From an uncultured Ignavibacteria bacterium (GTDB taxonomy: Bacteria > Bacteroidota > Ignavibacteria > Tepidaquicellales > OLB5): a stretch of 64,000 bases of DNA. Location: assembly GCA_937873695.1 (NCBI GenBank), contig CALMYL010000015.1, positions 39,247-103,246 on the forward strand. The letters run 5' to 3'. The first letter of the stretch is position 1. Each line of letters starts with the position of its first letter. The position numbers and the translations under genes were made by a program. Positions 1 through 8,500 of the stretch are shown here, piece after piece. Under the pieces are notes generated by a model. That model was not told where the DNA came from, did no database searches, and saw only the letters and a program-made list of their open reading frames with translations.

Positions 1-7
1 CGGCAGA

Positions 8-871
8 ATGGTTAACTACAATGAAACCATTGCGGTCAAGAATGCCGGAATCAGCCTGGTAAGATTCATGATGCCGTTTCTTGTTATGGGTATGATAGTT
101 ACTTCTGTATCCCTTTACTTCAACAACTGGGTTGTACCTGAAGCCAACAAGAAGAAGTTTTTTATCGAACGGAACTACCTCGGAAAGAACAAGAACGTGG
201 CAGGACTGAACAAGCTATACTTTCAGGATTCAAAAAACCAGCTTGTTCTTATAGACCAGTTCAAAGAAACAGAATTGGCTGCTCTCAGGGTCTCTATTCA
301 GCAGTATAACCCCGATACATTGACACAGATGATAAGACGCGTTGATGCAGAACAAATGAAATGGGAAGATAATAAGTGGATACTTATCAATGCTGCAGAG
401 CGTGAATTAACCGACAGCACTGAAGTTTTAAAGAGCTACGGCACTATAGCCGCCGGTGATGTGCCGGGGCTGAACAAACTTAACCTGGTTCCAAGCCAAA
501 TAACCCGCCGGCAGCTGAAGCCCGATGAAATGAATTACGGCGAGCTTGAAGAGTTCATAACCAGCCTTAAAAAAGGCGGTCAGAATACTGACAGGCAAAT
601 GGTGGATTTTTATTCTAAGATATCTTTTTCATTTGCAAGCCTTATAATTGTTGTATTCGGCATTTCAATTTCAACCGGCTCAAAACGAAGGAAGGGTCTG
701 GCGCTGCAGTTTGGTATAAGCATACTTGTCAGTTTTGTATATTTGGGCTTCATAAAAATTTCGCAGTCGTTTGGTTATAACGGCGATCTCGATCCCCTGC
801 TCACCGCTTGGCTGGCAAATATCGCCTTCGCCGGTTTTGGTATGGCTAATTTGTACTTTAAGAATTATTAA
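8..871 (+). CDS. LptF/LptG-family (YjgP/YjgQ) LPS export permease, C-terminal part; frame is open to the window edge so the real start is probably upstream
   Basis: Multi-TM protein with a large periplasmic insert between TM segments; overall resemblance to the YjgP/YjgQ permease family; ORF track 8..871. Confidence 0.7.
   Translation: MVNYNETIAVKNAGISLVRFMMPFLVMGMIVTSVSLYFNNWVVPEANKKKFFIERNYLGKNKNVAGLNKLYFQDSKNQLVLIDQFKETELAALRVSIQQYNPDTLTQMIRRVDAEQMKWEDNKWILINAAERELTDSTEVLKSYGTIAAGDVPGLNKLNLVPSQITRRQLKPDEMNYGELEEFITSLKKGGQNTDRQMVDFYSKISFSFASLIIVVFGISISTGSKRRKGLALQFGISILVSFVYLGFIKISQSFGYNGDLDPLLTAWLANIAFAGFGMANLYFKNY
770..871. repeat. Direct repeat copy 1 (102 bp): the in-frame 3' end and stop codon of the permease gene
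   Basis: 100/102 identical to 2043..2144; both mismatches (gat/gac, gct/gcg) are synonymous third-codon positions. Confidence 0.9.
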
Positions 872-2042
872 TGATATTTGCAGTGTTGTCTTCCAGGTAA
901 CTTACTGAATTACGACGAGCAAAGCGACCAAGCAATCCCGAAGATATTTTAAAAAATTCTAATAAGGAATTTCTTATTTTCAGTTAAAGGCATTACCCAA
1001 ATAGTTTACTTTATACCAATTTATTGGTAATTTAGAATATTAACGGTCTGCTTTACTTGATGTCAAAAAGAGAACTTAAAATTATAATAACTGAATCAAA
1101 CAGTACTATTGTACATGAGTAAAATCAGAATTTATATTGATGAGGTAGGCAATAGTGATCTAAACAGTTCAAATAATCCAAATCACAGATTTTTAAGTTT
1201 AACGGGCGTAATTTTTGACCTCAAATACGTTTCTGAAATATTAAATCCCGAATTAGAAACTCTAAAGAAAAGATATTTTGATGCGCATCCTGATGAAGCA
1301 TTGATTTTACACCGTAAAGAAATTGTGAATAAGAAACCCCCTTTTGAGAGGTTACGTGATAAGTCAATAGAAAAGAGTTTCAATAAAGAACTTCTTTCGT
1401 CATTCGAAAAATGGGAATATAAGATCATTACCGTTGTTATAGATAAGCAAGAACATAATAACAAATATACAAAATGGAAATATGATCCGTACCATTATTG
1501 CATGGAAATACTTGCAGAGCGGTTTTTCTATTTCTTAAGCTCGGTTAATGCGAATGGTGATGTTATGATAGAATCAAGAGGAGGCAAAGAAGATTTAAGG
1601 CTTAAGCGTTCTTTCCGCAGAATTATGGAATTGGGAACGCATTATGTAAATGCAGCAGAATTGAGAAAGCGTATTTCCAGTTTAGAATTAAAAGTTAAAC
1701 CCAAATCAGCGAATATTTCAGGACTGCAGGTTGCCGACCTTCTTGCATATCCGTCACGCCGGCATGTGTTAAAACATTACGGCAGATTAGATGATGACAG
1801 GTATACTTTTAACGAGAAAATAATTGAGATAATCAAAGAAAAATATGATCGCAAAGGTAACAGGATAGAAGGATATGGTTTCAAAATGCTTCCATAAAAT
1901 GAAAAACCCCGATTGCTCGGGGCAAAGGCATTACACCTTCCACCTCCAGTTAACTGGATTACTACAAATATAACAAAATAGTTATACTTTTACAATAACC
2001 ATGTAAACTTTTGATTAACAATAAATTAAAAAAGTCCATTCT
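872..2042. mobile_element. Putative inserted cassette (about 1.2 kb) carrying one DUF3800 gene, bounded by the 102-bp direct repeats; no recombinase inside
   Basis: Bounded by duplicated gene 3' end; the apparent native terminator follows the second copy only. Confidence 0.45.
1115..1897 (+). CDS. DUF3800-family protein (uncharacterised)
   Basis: N-terminal IYIDEVGN (family-typical iYiDEsG) and C-terminal LQVADLLAY motif; ATG at 1115 preferred over the TTG at 1109 used by the track. Confidence 0.6.
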   Translation: MSKIRIYIDEVGNSDLNSSNNPNHRFLSLTGVIFDLKYVSEILNPELETLKKRYFDAHPDEALILHRKEIVNKKPPFERLRDKSIEKSFNKELLSSFEKWEYKIITVVIDKQEHNNKYTKWKYDPYHYCMEILAERFFYFLSSVNANGDVMIESRGGKEDLRLKRSFRRIMELGTHYVNAAELRKRISSLELKVKPKSANISGLQVADLLAYPSRRHVLKHYGRLDDDRYTFNEKIIEIIKEKYDRKGNRIEGYGFKMLP

Positions 2043-2144
2043 TTTGGTTATAACGGCGACCTCGATCCCCTGCTCACCGCGTGGCTGGCAAATATCGCCT
2101 TCGCCGGTTTTGGTATGGCTAATTTGTACTTTAAGAATTATTAA
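2043..2144. repeat. Direct repeat copy 2: displaced, promoterless copy of the permease gene 3' end
   Basis: 100/102 identity to 770..871; no upstream ORF continuity; followed by a terminator at 2175..2197. Confidence 0.9.
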
Positions 2145-2174
2145 CACTATCGGCAATTAAGTCAGTTAGCTCAT

Positions 2175-2197
2175 GGGGCTGCAGCCCTTGTTTTTTT
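2175..2197 (+). terminator. Rho-independent terminator, probably the original permease-gene terminator
   Basis: gggctgcagccc palindrome followed by ttgttttttt. Confidence 0.6.
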
Positions 2198-2432
2198 ACA
2201 GGTTAAGAAACCTGTTCCACACTTCCATTGGTCATATCTTCATTTGAGCATTATAATTCAGAATTCCCTGCGATAAATATCAATCTCTCCACTGAAAAAA
2301 CTCTTCGCCTGTTTTTGACAAAAAATATTTGGATATTTAAAAAAAACAAATATTGCAAATTTGCATAAGCAGAAAGTTTGCACCTACAAAGTTTTACTTC
2401 ATCCGCGCAGAAGTTTGATATATTTTGATTAT

Positions 2433-3383
2433 ATGAAAAACTTAGACAGGCGAAATTTTTTGAAAACTGCTGCAGTTGGAGCCGCTTCTCTTGCGCTGGG
2501 AAGCAGGCCGGTCAAGGCCGCAGATAAGACTCTTTCAGAAGACAGGATAGGTATTTTAATAGATACCACAGTTTGTGCCGGCTGCCGCCATTGCGAATGG
2601 GCATGCCGCACGGCACACGGGCTCCCCGCCGGTGACCTGGAAAGTTATTCCGATAATTCCGTTTTTAAGTATTACAGAAGACCCGATAACAGCTCTCTAA
2701 CGGTAGTAAATGAATTTGAAAACGAAAAAAATCCGATGCTGCCAGTTTACGTTAAATCGCAGTGCATGCACTGCGAAAAACCGGCGTGTGTATCGGCATG
2801 CATAGTAGGCGCATTAACAAAAAATGAAGACGGCAGCGTCACATGGAATGACGATAAGTGCATTGGCTGCAGGTATTGTATGGTAGCATGCCAGTTCCAA
2901 GTGCCAACATACGAATGGCACAAATCAATAGACCCGCATATAATGAAGTGCGACCTTTGCTCCGAAAGGCGCAGCAAGGGATTGCTTCCCGCATGTGTTG
3001 AAATTTGCCCGAATGAGGCATTGCTTTTTGGCAAAAGAAGCGATATTCTGAAAGCCGCTAAAAACAAGATCAAGCGTAAACCCGGCACATACATAGATCA
3101 CATCTACGGAGAGCACGAAATTGGCGGAACTACCGTGATGTACATTTCAGGTAAAAAATTTGATGACCTTAAGATGCCTCAGCTTGGAACCGCAACTGCT
3201 CCCGGAATTTCAGAGGCAATACAGCACGGCATATTTGCATACTTTGTACCGCCTGTTACGCTGTTCGCCCTGCTGGGTACTGTAATGTGGATAACGAAAT
3301 TCGGCAAATCCGGCACCGCGGGCTGCACAAAAGAAAATGAAAAATTGCAGACTGAGAACAAAAATGAAACCTCTTCCGGTTAA
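2433..3383 (+). CDS. Tat-exported 4Fe-4S ferredoxin-type subunit (NrfC/HybA/PsrB-like) with C-terminal membrane anchor
   Basis: RRNFLKTAAVGAASLALG twin-arginine signal; several CxxCxxCxxxC(P) clusters (CAGCRHCEWAC, CMHCEKPACVSAC, CIGCRYCMVAC, CDLC...C..CP); ATG 2433 preferred over TTG 2361. Confidence 0.85.
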   Translation: MKNLDRRNFLKTAAVGAASLALGSRPVKAADKTLSEDRIGILIDTTVCAGCRHCEWACRTAHGLPAGDLESYSDNSVFKYYRRPDNSSLTVVNEFENEKNPMLPVYVKSQCMHCEKPACVSACIVGALTKNEDGSVTWNDDKCIGCRYCMVACQFQVPTYEWHKSIDPHIMKCDLCSERRSKGLLPACVEICPNEALLFGKRSDILKAAKNKIKRKPGTYIDHIYGEHEIGGTTVMYISGKKFDDLKMPQLGTATAPGISEAIQHGIFAYFVPPVTLFALLGTVMWITKFGKSGTAGCTKENEKLQTENKNETSSG

Positions 3384-4548
3384 AAGAAATTTTTTCACTT
3401 TTGGAGTTTTTATTCTGATTGTACTTGCATTAAATGGCCTGGCTTTCCTGGCTATCAGGTTTTACAGCGGACTTGGCGCGGTTACAAACCTGGATAACCA
3501 AACGCCATGGGGTTTATGGATAGGCGTTGATGTTGCTGCAGGAGTGGCGCTTGCTGCAGGCGGTTTTACATCTGCCGCGCTTGCGCATGTCTTTCACAGG
3601 GAGTCATACAGCGCTATTGTAAGACCCGCATTGCTGACTGCAATGCTTGGATATACGTTCGTTGCATTTGCGGTATGTATTGATATAGGCCGGTTCTATT
3701 ACATTTGGCATCCGCTGTTAATGTGGAACGGAAACTCAGCTTTATTCGAAGTTGGTATCTGCGTAATGATATATATGACTGTCCTTTACATTGAGTTCCT
3801 GCCAATTGTTACCGAAAGATTCATTGGTAAGGTAAATTTACCCGGTGTACTTGCCGCATTCAATAAACCGGTAGAAGCATTACTGAAGCTGCTGGATAGA
3901 GGACTTGGTAAAACAATGTTCGTTTTCGTAATTGCGGGAGTTGTACTTTCCACCCTGCATCAGTCATCACTCGGCACACTAATGGTAATTGCAGGTCAGA
4001 AGATGCATCCGTTATGGCAAACCCCGGTATTGCCTTTATTGTTTTTGCTCTCAGCAATTGCGGTGGGATTCCCGATGATAATTTTTGAATCACTTTTTGC
4101 CTCAAAGAGTTTCAGGCTTAAGCCGGAGGTCAGTTTGCTTTCTAATCTTGGCGGTATGACAATTCCGCTGCTGGGAATGTATCTTGCATTCAAGTTGGGT
4201 GATATGTTCATCCGTGAAACTTTTGTTTATGTACTCCGATTCGACTACACAGCATGGATGTTTATTGCCGAAACCTTTCTGCCTTTAACTGCATTTGCAG
4301 TGCTGCTATCCGGTAAAAGGTCGCATACACAGGGTTACCTGTTACTGGCGTCATCGCTTGTGATCGCGGGTATACTTCTCAACAGGTTTAATAACTTTAT
4401 TACTGCCTACAGGCCTTTTTACGATACGGTTACCTACGTCCCTTCTGTTGGCGAAGTATCTGTTACAATAGGCTGTATAGCTCTGCTTATACTGATCTAT
4501 AGGTTAATTGTGATATACTTCCCTGTGATCAGCCACGAAAAGAATTAA
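3364..4548 (+). CDS. NrfD/PsrC-family polytopic membrane quinone-interacting subunit
   Basis: About 395 aa with 8 or more hydrophobic helices; overlaps the Fe-S subunit gene by 20 nt; gene order is typical of NrfCD/HybAB-type modules. Confidence 0.75.
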   Translation: MKPLPVKRNFFTFGVFILIVLALNGLAFLAIRFYSGLGAVTNLDNQTPWGLWIGVDVAAGVALAAGGFTSAALAHVFHRESYSAIVRPALLTAMLGYTFVAFAVCIDIGRFYYIWHPLLMWNGNSALFEVGICVMIYMTVLYIEFLPIVTERFIGKVNLPGVLAAFNKPVEALLKLLDRGLGKTMFVFVIAGVVLSTLHQSSLGTLMVIAGQKMHPLWQTPVLPLLFLLSAIAVGFPMIIFESLFASKSFRLKPEVSLLSNLGGMTIPLLGMYLAFKLGDMFIRETFVYVLRFDYTAWMFIAETFLPLTAFAVLLSGKRSHTQGYLLLASSLVIAGILLNRFNNFITAYRPFYDTVTYVPSVGEVSVTIGCIALLILIYRLIVIYFPVISHEKN

Positions 4549-4558
4549 CGAATGCTGA

Positions 4559-5764
4559 ATGAAAAAAATTCATTTTATACTTATTCCTCTTGTCTTCTTT
4601 GGTTTTATTTTGGGCAAAGTCTTTACTCCTGATACAGAAGATAAGAAACAAATTTCAACAGAGTTCTCGCAGGATAAAGCTTCGCAGAATGATGCCGGGA
4701 GATTTCATGATAACTCCCTGCTTCGTGTTACCCAAAAACTCAATTGTAAATCATGCCACGAATCTGAGTATCCAACCAAAGATTACCCCGGTTTACTGAG
4801 CTGCCCCAGGAGTGATATGATCTCTGTCTATCATTCACCTGAAGAAGGACCTGAGTTTGTTAAGATAGACGAAATGTCTGATTACTACAATGGCGTTGAA
4901 TTTTCTCATAAAGTACACGCCGAAATGTCTGAAATGTCAGGTGGCTGCACCGGATGCCACCATTATAATACAACCGGACCCGTGCTGAACTGCAGAAAGT
5001 GCCATGAAAGCTCACGCAGCCGTGAAGATGTGTCAATTCCTGACCTGAAGGCCGCATACCACCGGCAATGTACCAATTGCCATAAGCAATGGAGCAATGA
5101 AAACGGCTGCAGTAATCAGTGCCATACACCAAAAGGATCTGATGTTTCTTTGGTAAGCAGCTCAGTTAAATCAAAAACACATCCCGTGCTTACACTCCCC
5201 GCAAAACTGGTGTGGGAAACCGGAGCAAAGACAAATAAGATCGTAACCTTCTTTCACAATGAGCATGTTGAAATATTCGGCTTAGAATGCAAAAGCTGTC
5301 ATAACCAGGAAAGCTGCATAAAGTGCCACACCGTTGAGAGGAATATCGATCCCGCCAAACTTACCCGCAGGGATAGATCTATCGAAGAGCACCATAAGCC
5401 CTGCGCAAACTGCCACATGGGTAACTCGTGTCAAAAATGCCACCGTGATAGGGAGTTGAGTCCGTTTGACCACTCAAGATCAGGCGGGTGGGTCCTTAAA
5501 TCCTATCACAGCAGCATAGCCTGTGAAAAATGCCACGGCACTGCAATGCCGTATATAAGGACCGGCCATAAATGCATTTCTTGTCATAAGAAATTCAGCG
5601 AGGAATTTGACCATAAATTGGCAGGATTTACTTTTTCAGAAGGACATACCGGGCTGGAATGCAAAAATTGCCACCCGGACGGTGATTTTACAAAAACTCC
5701 TGTTTGCACTGATTGCCATGATGATAAATCATTCCCGCAAGATCTGCCGGGAACAAGGAAGTAA
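4559..5764 (+). CDS. Multihaem c-type cytochrome (cytochrome c3-family-like), N-terminal signal/anchor
   Basis: 12 CxxCH motifs (CKSCH, CTGCH, CRKCH, CTNCH, CKSCH, CIKCH, CANCH, CQKCH, CEKCH, CISCH, CKNCH, CTDCH) plus one CxxxCH (CSNQCH). Confidence 0.9.
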   Translation: MKKIHFILIPLVFFGFILGKVFTPDTEDKKQISTEFSQDKASQNDAGRFHDNSLLRVTQKLNCKSCHESEYPTKDYPGLLSCPRSDMISVYHSPEEGPEFVKIDEMSDYYNGVEFSHKVHAEMSEMSGGCTGCHHYNTTGPVLNCRKCHESSRSREDVSIPDLKAAYHRQCTNCHKQWSNENGCSNQCHTPKGSDVSLVSSSVKSKTHPVLTLPAKLVWETGAKTNKIVTFFHNEHVEIFGLECKSCHNQESCIKCHTVERNIDPAKLTRRDRSIEEHHKPCANCHMGNSCQKCHRDRELSPFDHSRSGGWVLKSYHSSIACEKCHGTAMPYIRTGHKCISCHKKFSEEFDHKLAGFTFSEGHTGLECKNCHPDGDFTKTPVCTDCHDDKSFPQDLPGTRK

Positions 5765-5806
5765 CGCTTCGGGATTAAAATAAGAGATTTAAGTTCGAAT
5801 TTAATG

Positions 5807-5833
5807 AAAAAGCCTGCAATTGCAGGCTTTTTT
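5807..5833 (+). terminator. Rho-independent terminator after the cytochrome gene
   Basis: agcctgca-at-tgcaggct hairpin followed by ttttt. Confidence 0.7.
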
Positions 5834-5909
5834 GGCTCCGAAGGCAGGACTTGAACCTGCGACCCTCTGATTAACAGTCAGATGCTCTAACCAACTGAGC
5901 TACTTCGGA
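5833..5909 (-). tRNA. tRNA-Asn (anticodon GUU), CCA encoded
   Basis: Folded by hand: acceptor TCCGAAG/CTTCGGA, D stem GCTC/GAGC, anticodon stem TCTGA/TCAGA with loop CTGTTAA, T stem GCAGG/CCTGC with loop TTCAAGT, then G-CCA. Confidence 0.95.
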
Positions 5910-6016
5910 ATAAAAATGTTACAGAAAGCAAATATATTCAAACTAAAAAATAAAATCAATGAAAAATGCTTTGTATCTCTCAAAAAATGCAATTATTTTC
6001 GTAAAAAGGAACAATT

Positions 6017-6355
6017 ATGTCAAACGAGGAAAATAACAACTTACAGCAGCAGATTAATATTGAAATTGGAGAAAAGGAGGCGGAAGGGATATATTCGAAT
6101 CTTGCGATAATTTCTCACTCCCCCGCTGAATTTATACTTGATTTTACGCGCGTACTTCCGGGAATCCCGAAATCAAAAATAAGCGCAAGAATCATAATGA
6201 CACCGCAGCACGCAAAGATGCTGCTTGGCGCGCTTAAAGATAATATCGATAAGTTCGAAAATCAATTTGGTGAGATACAACTTGTAGGCGCTCCGCCGCA
6301 GGGCGGCTTTGGCTTTCAGCCAACAATCAATCCAAAAGACGAGAAGATAAATTAA
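6017..6355 (+). CDS. DUF3467-family small protein
   Basis: YSNLAIISHSPAEFILDF core resembles the DUF3467 signature; 112 aa. Confidence 0.55.
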   Translation: MSNEENNNLQQQINIEIGEKEAEGIYSNLAIISHSPAEFILDFTRVLPGIPKSKISARIIMTPQHAKMLLGALKDNIDKFENQFGEIQLVGAPPQGGFGFQPTINPKDEKIN

Positions 6356-6377
6356 TCATATTTTATTTTACATATAC

Positions 6378-6406
6378 AAAACCTGCTGATAACAGCAGGT
6401 TTTTTT
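6378..6406 (+). terminator. Rho-independent terminator
   Basis: acctgctg-ataa-cagcaggt followed by tttttt. Confidence 0.75.
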
Positions 6407-6556
6407 ATGATATAAAGCGATTGACATCTTTGTCATTTATTTCCGGTACAAGTCAGAACCTTTACAAGCAAAAACAATAACTTATTACTTGGCATAATAT
6501 TTGTGTTTATTTTTCTTTAATAAATTATGTTCAATAAAAATTAAGGAGAATAAGAA

Positions 6557-7819
6557 ATGAAAATAATTATTAGTTTTTCTGCAATGCTGGTACTATTTCT
6601 GACCAGCACAGGAATTGTCCGCTCGCAATGGCAGGAGCAAACTTCCGGACTGACAACCTCGCTGAATTCCGTATCAGGTGTCACCGATAATATTGCTTGG
6701 GTTTGCGGTAATGCAGGTAAAGTGCTAAGAACAAACAACGGAGGCATAAACTGGATAAATGCAACAGGAACCGGAATACCCGGGACACTTGACCTTTATA
6801 ACATTTTCGCACTTGATTCCACAACTGCTCTTGTAACAGGATCAAATACCACGGCATATGTGTTCCGTTCAACAAACGGCGGTTTATCCTGGGTTCAGGT
6901 ATTCACACAATCAGGCGGATTCTTAAATGCAATATGGATGACAACACCGCTGACCGGAGTTATGTATGGTGATCCTGTCGGTGCAAGATGGTCGTTATGG
7001 CGGACAACAAACGGCGGTGTTAACTGGGACTCAACAGGAATGTTCGTTGCTCAGGCAGGCTCAGAAGCAGGGTGGAATAATTCCATGTATGTTTCCGGTA
7101 CAAGTGTGTGGTTCGGTACAAACAACAGCCGTGTATATTATTCACCGCTTGGCGGTTTAACCGGAACGTGGCAGGTCCAGTCAACCACACAGGCAAGTTC
7201 TTATGCGGTTTGGTTCAATACCGCTGCAAACGGGATGCTTGGCGGCACACAGCTTATGGCCACAGTTAACGGCGGTGTTAACTGGACTGCAGTCACATCT
7301 CCCGGTTCAGGGAATATCTCGGGTATAACAGGAAGCGCTTCTAACTGGTGGTTCACAAGGCAGGCCACATCAATTTACCGTACAACTGATAACGGCGTCA
7401 CTTTTACAACAGATTATACTGCGCCGGCAGGAACATTTACACACATCCAAAAGGCAGCCACAGGAAGCAGAATGTGGGCTGTAAGGAACAACGGCGGAAT
7501 TGCTTCGTCATTAAGTACAGTTGGTATTGACCCGGTTTCCACTGAAATACCAAACTACTACAGTCTTTCACAGAATTATCCGAATCCGTTCAACCCGGCA
7601 ACGGAGTTCCGGTTTACTTTACCTCAGTCTTCAGCAGTTACAATTAAAATATATGACATAGCCGGACGTGAAGTTGATGTTCTGGCCAACGATGTATTTA
7701 TGTCTGCAGGTGCATACGAAGTTAATTACAGTGCCGACAGGTTAAGCAGCGGGGTATATTTCTACAGGATCACTGCAAATGACTATGCAGAAACTAAAAA
7801 AATGGTATTAACAAAATAA
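6557..7819 (+). CDS. Secreted beta-propeller protein with BNR/Ycf48-like repeats and a T9SS C-terminal sorting domain
   Basis: Signal peptide; repeated (S/T)xNGGxxW motifs (TNNGGINW, STNGGLSW, TTNGGVNW, TVNGGVNW); C-terminus NYPNPFNP...IYDIAGREV...GVYFYRI...KKMVLTK. Confidence 0.65.
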   Translation: MKIIISFSAMLVLFLTSTGIVRSQWQEQTSGLTTSLNSVSGVTDNIAWVCGNAGKVLRTNNGGINWINATGTGIPGTLDLYNIFALDSTTALVTGSNTTAYVFRSTNGGLSWVQVFTQSGGFLNAIWMTTPLTGVMYGDPVGARWSLWRTTNGGVNWDSTGMFVAQAGSEAGWNNSMYVSGTSVWFGTNNSRVYYSPLGGLTGTWQVQSTTQASSYAVWFNTAANGMLGGTQLMATVNGGVNWTAVTSPGSGNISGITGSASNWWFTRQATSIYRTTDNGVTFTTDYTAPAGTFTHIQKAATGSRMWAVRNNGGIASSLSTVGIDPVSTEIPNYYSLSQNYPNPFNPATEFRFTLPQSSAVTIKIYDIAGREVDVLANDVFMSAGAYEVNYSADRLSSGVYFYRITANDYAETKKMVLTK

Positions 7820-7866
7820 AAAGTCTGTAAAGATTCCTGCTTTCGCAGGAATAACAAGGTAGTTTT

Positions 7867-7895
7867 AAAAAGCCCGGTTTAAGCCGGGCTTTTTA
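7867..7895. terminator. Bidirectional hairpin terminator between convergent genes
   Basis: aaaaagcccgg-ttta-agccgggcttttt. Confidence 0.65.
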
Positions 7896-7924
7896 CTTCA
7901 GAAGTGTATTTCCACTTTCAAGTG

Positions 7925-8278
7925 TTATTCATCTTCCGAAATTTCATTATTATCGCTGCCCAGGCTGTAATAGTTATTTTCCTCATCTTCATCTCCCGCT
8001 GCTTCAAGTGTATCATCCAGTTCACTTCCGGGAGTATCAATTGGGTCAGTAACCGGGTGCGGGTTCTTTTTTAATAACTCATCATCTGCTCCGCTTTCAG
8101 CTTTCAGCGGTCTTTCGGCAAGCTTTTCAGGATCAATTTCCGTTTCTTTATCCTTTGAATAAATATCATCACCATCCGGGTACTCCACATAATCCGGGTA
8201 TTCGACTTTGGGAATGTCATCCGGCAACCCGGTTAATTTGCTGCTGTTTTTGGGTTTAAAAAAATTCTTTTTCTTCAT
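7925..8278 (-). CDS. Hypothetical highly acidic small protein
   Basis: 117-aa ORF rich in D/E; no recognisable motif. Confidence 0.4.
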   Translation of the reverse strand: MKKKNFFKPKNSSKLTGLPDDIPKVEYPDYVEYPDGDDIYSKDKETEIDPEKLAERPLKAESGADDELLKKNPHPVTDPIDTPGSELDDTLEAAGDEDEENNYYSLGSDNNEISEDE

Positions 8279-8500
8279 AATGTTACCCTCGTTTCAAATA
8301 GAATAATTGACTTCTCTTAAATATTAAACACTGTGAATTCCTTTGGTGTTTCTATAGTGTTTTTCTTACTTCATTAAAGCAAAAAGAAGTGCATATAATT
8401 AACCCTTTTACGTTAGATTTCTGTGGATTTGGTATATTGCTAACTTCCTAAAAAATCACTAATTTTCTTTAAGTTTTTTCAAAAATTAAACAAAACACAA

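Noticed and set aside
1183-1464. Many medium-sized antisense or overlapping ORFs in the six-frame track. Examples are 1183..1464(-), 10293..10673(+), 26552..27049(-), 29441..30052(+), 32912..33256(+), 50853..51407(+), 51853..52197(-) and 57605..58003(+).
   Set aside because: Each lies entirely inside a longer ORF on the opposite strand that has clear family motifs. Their translations are low-complexity (Ser/Leu/Ile-rich) with no motifs. They are treated as shadow ORFs.
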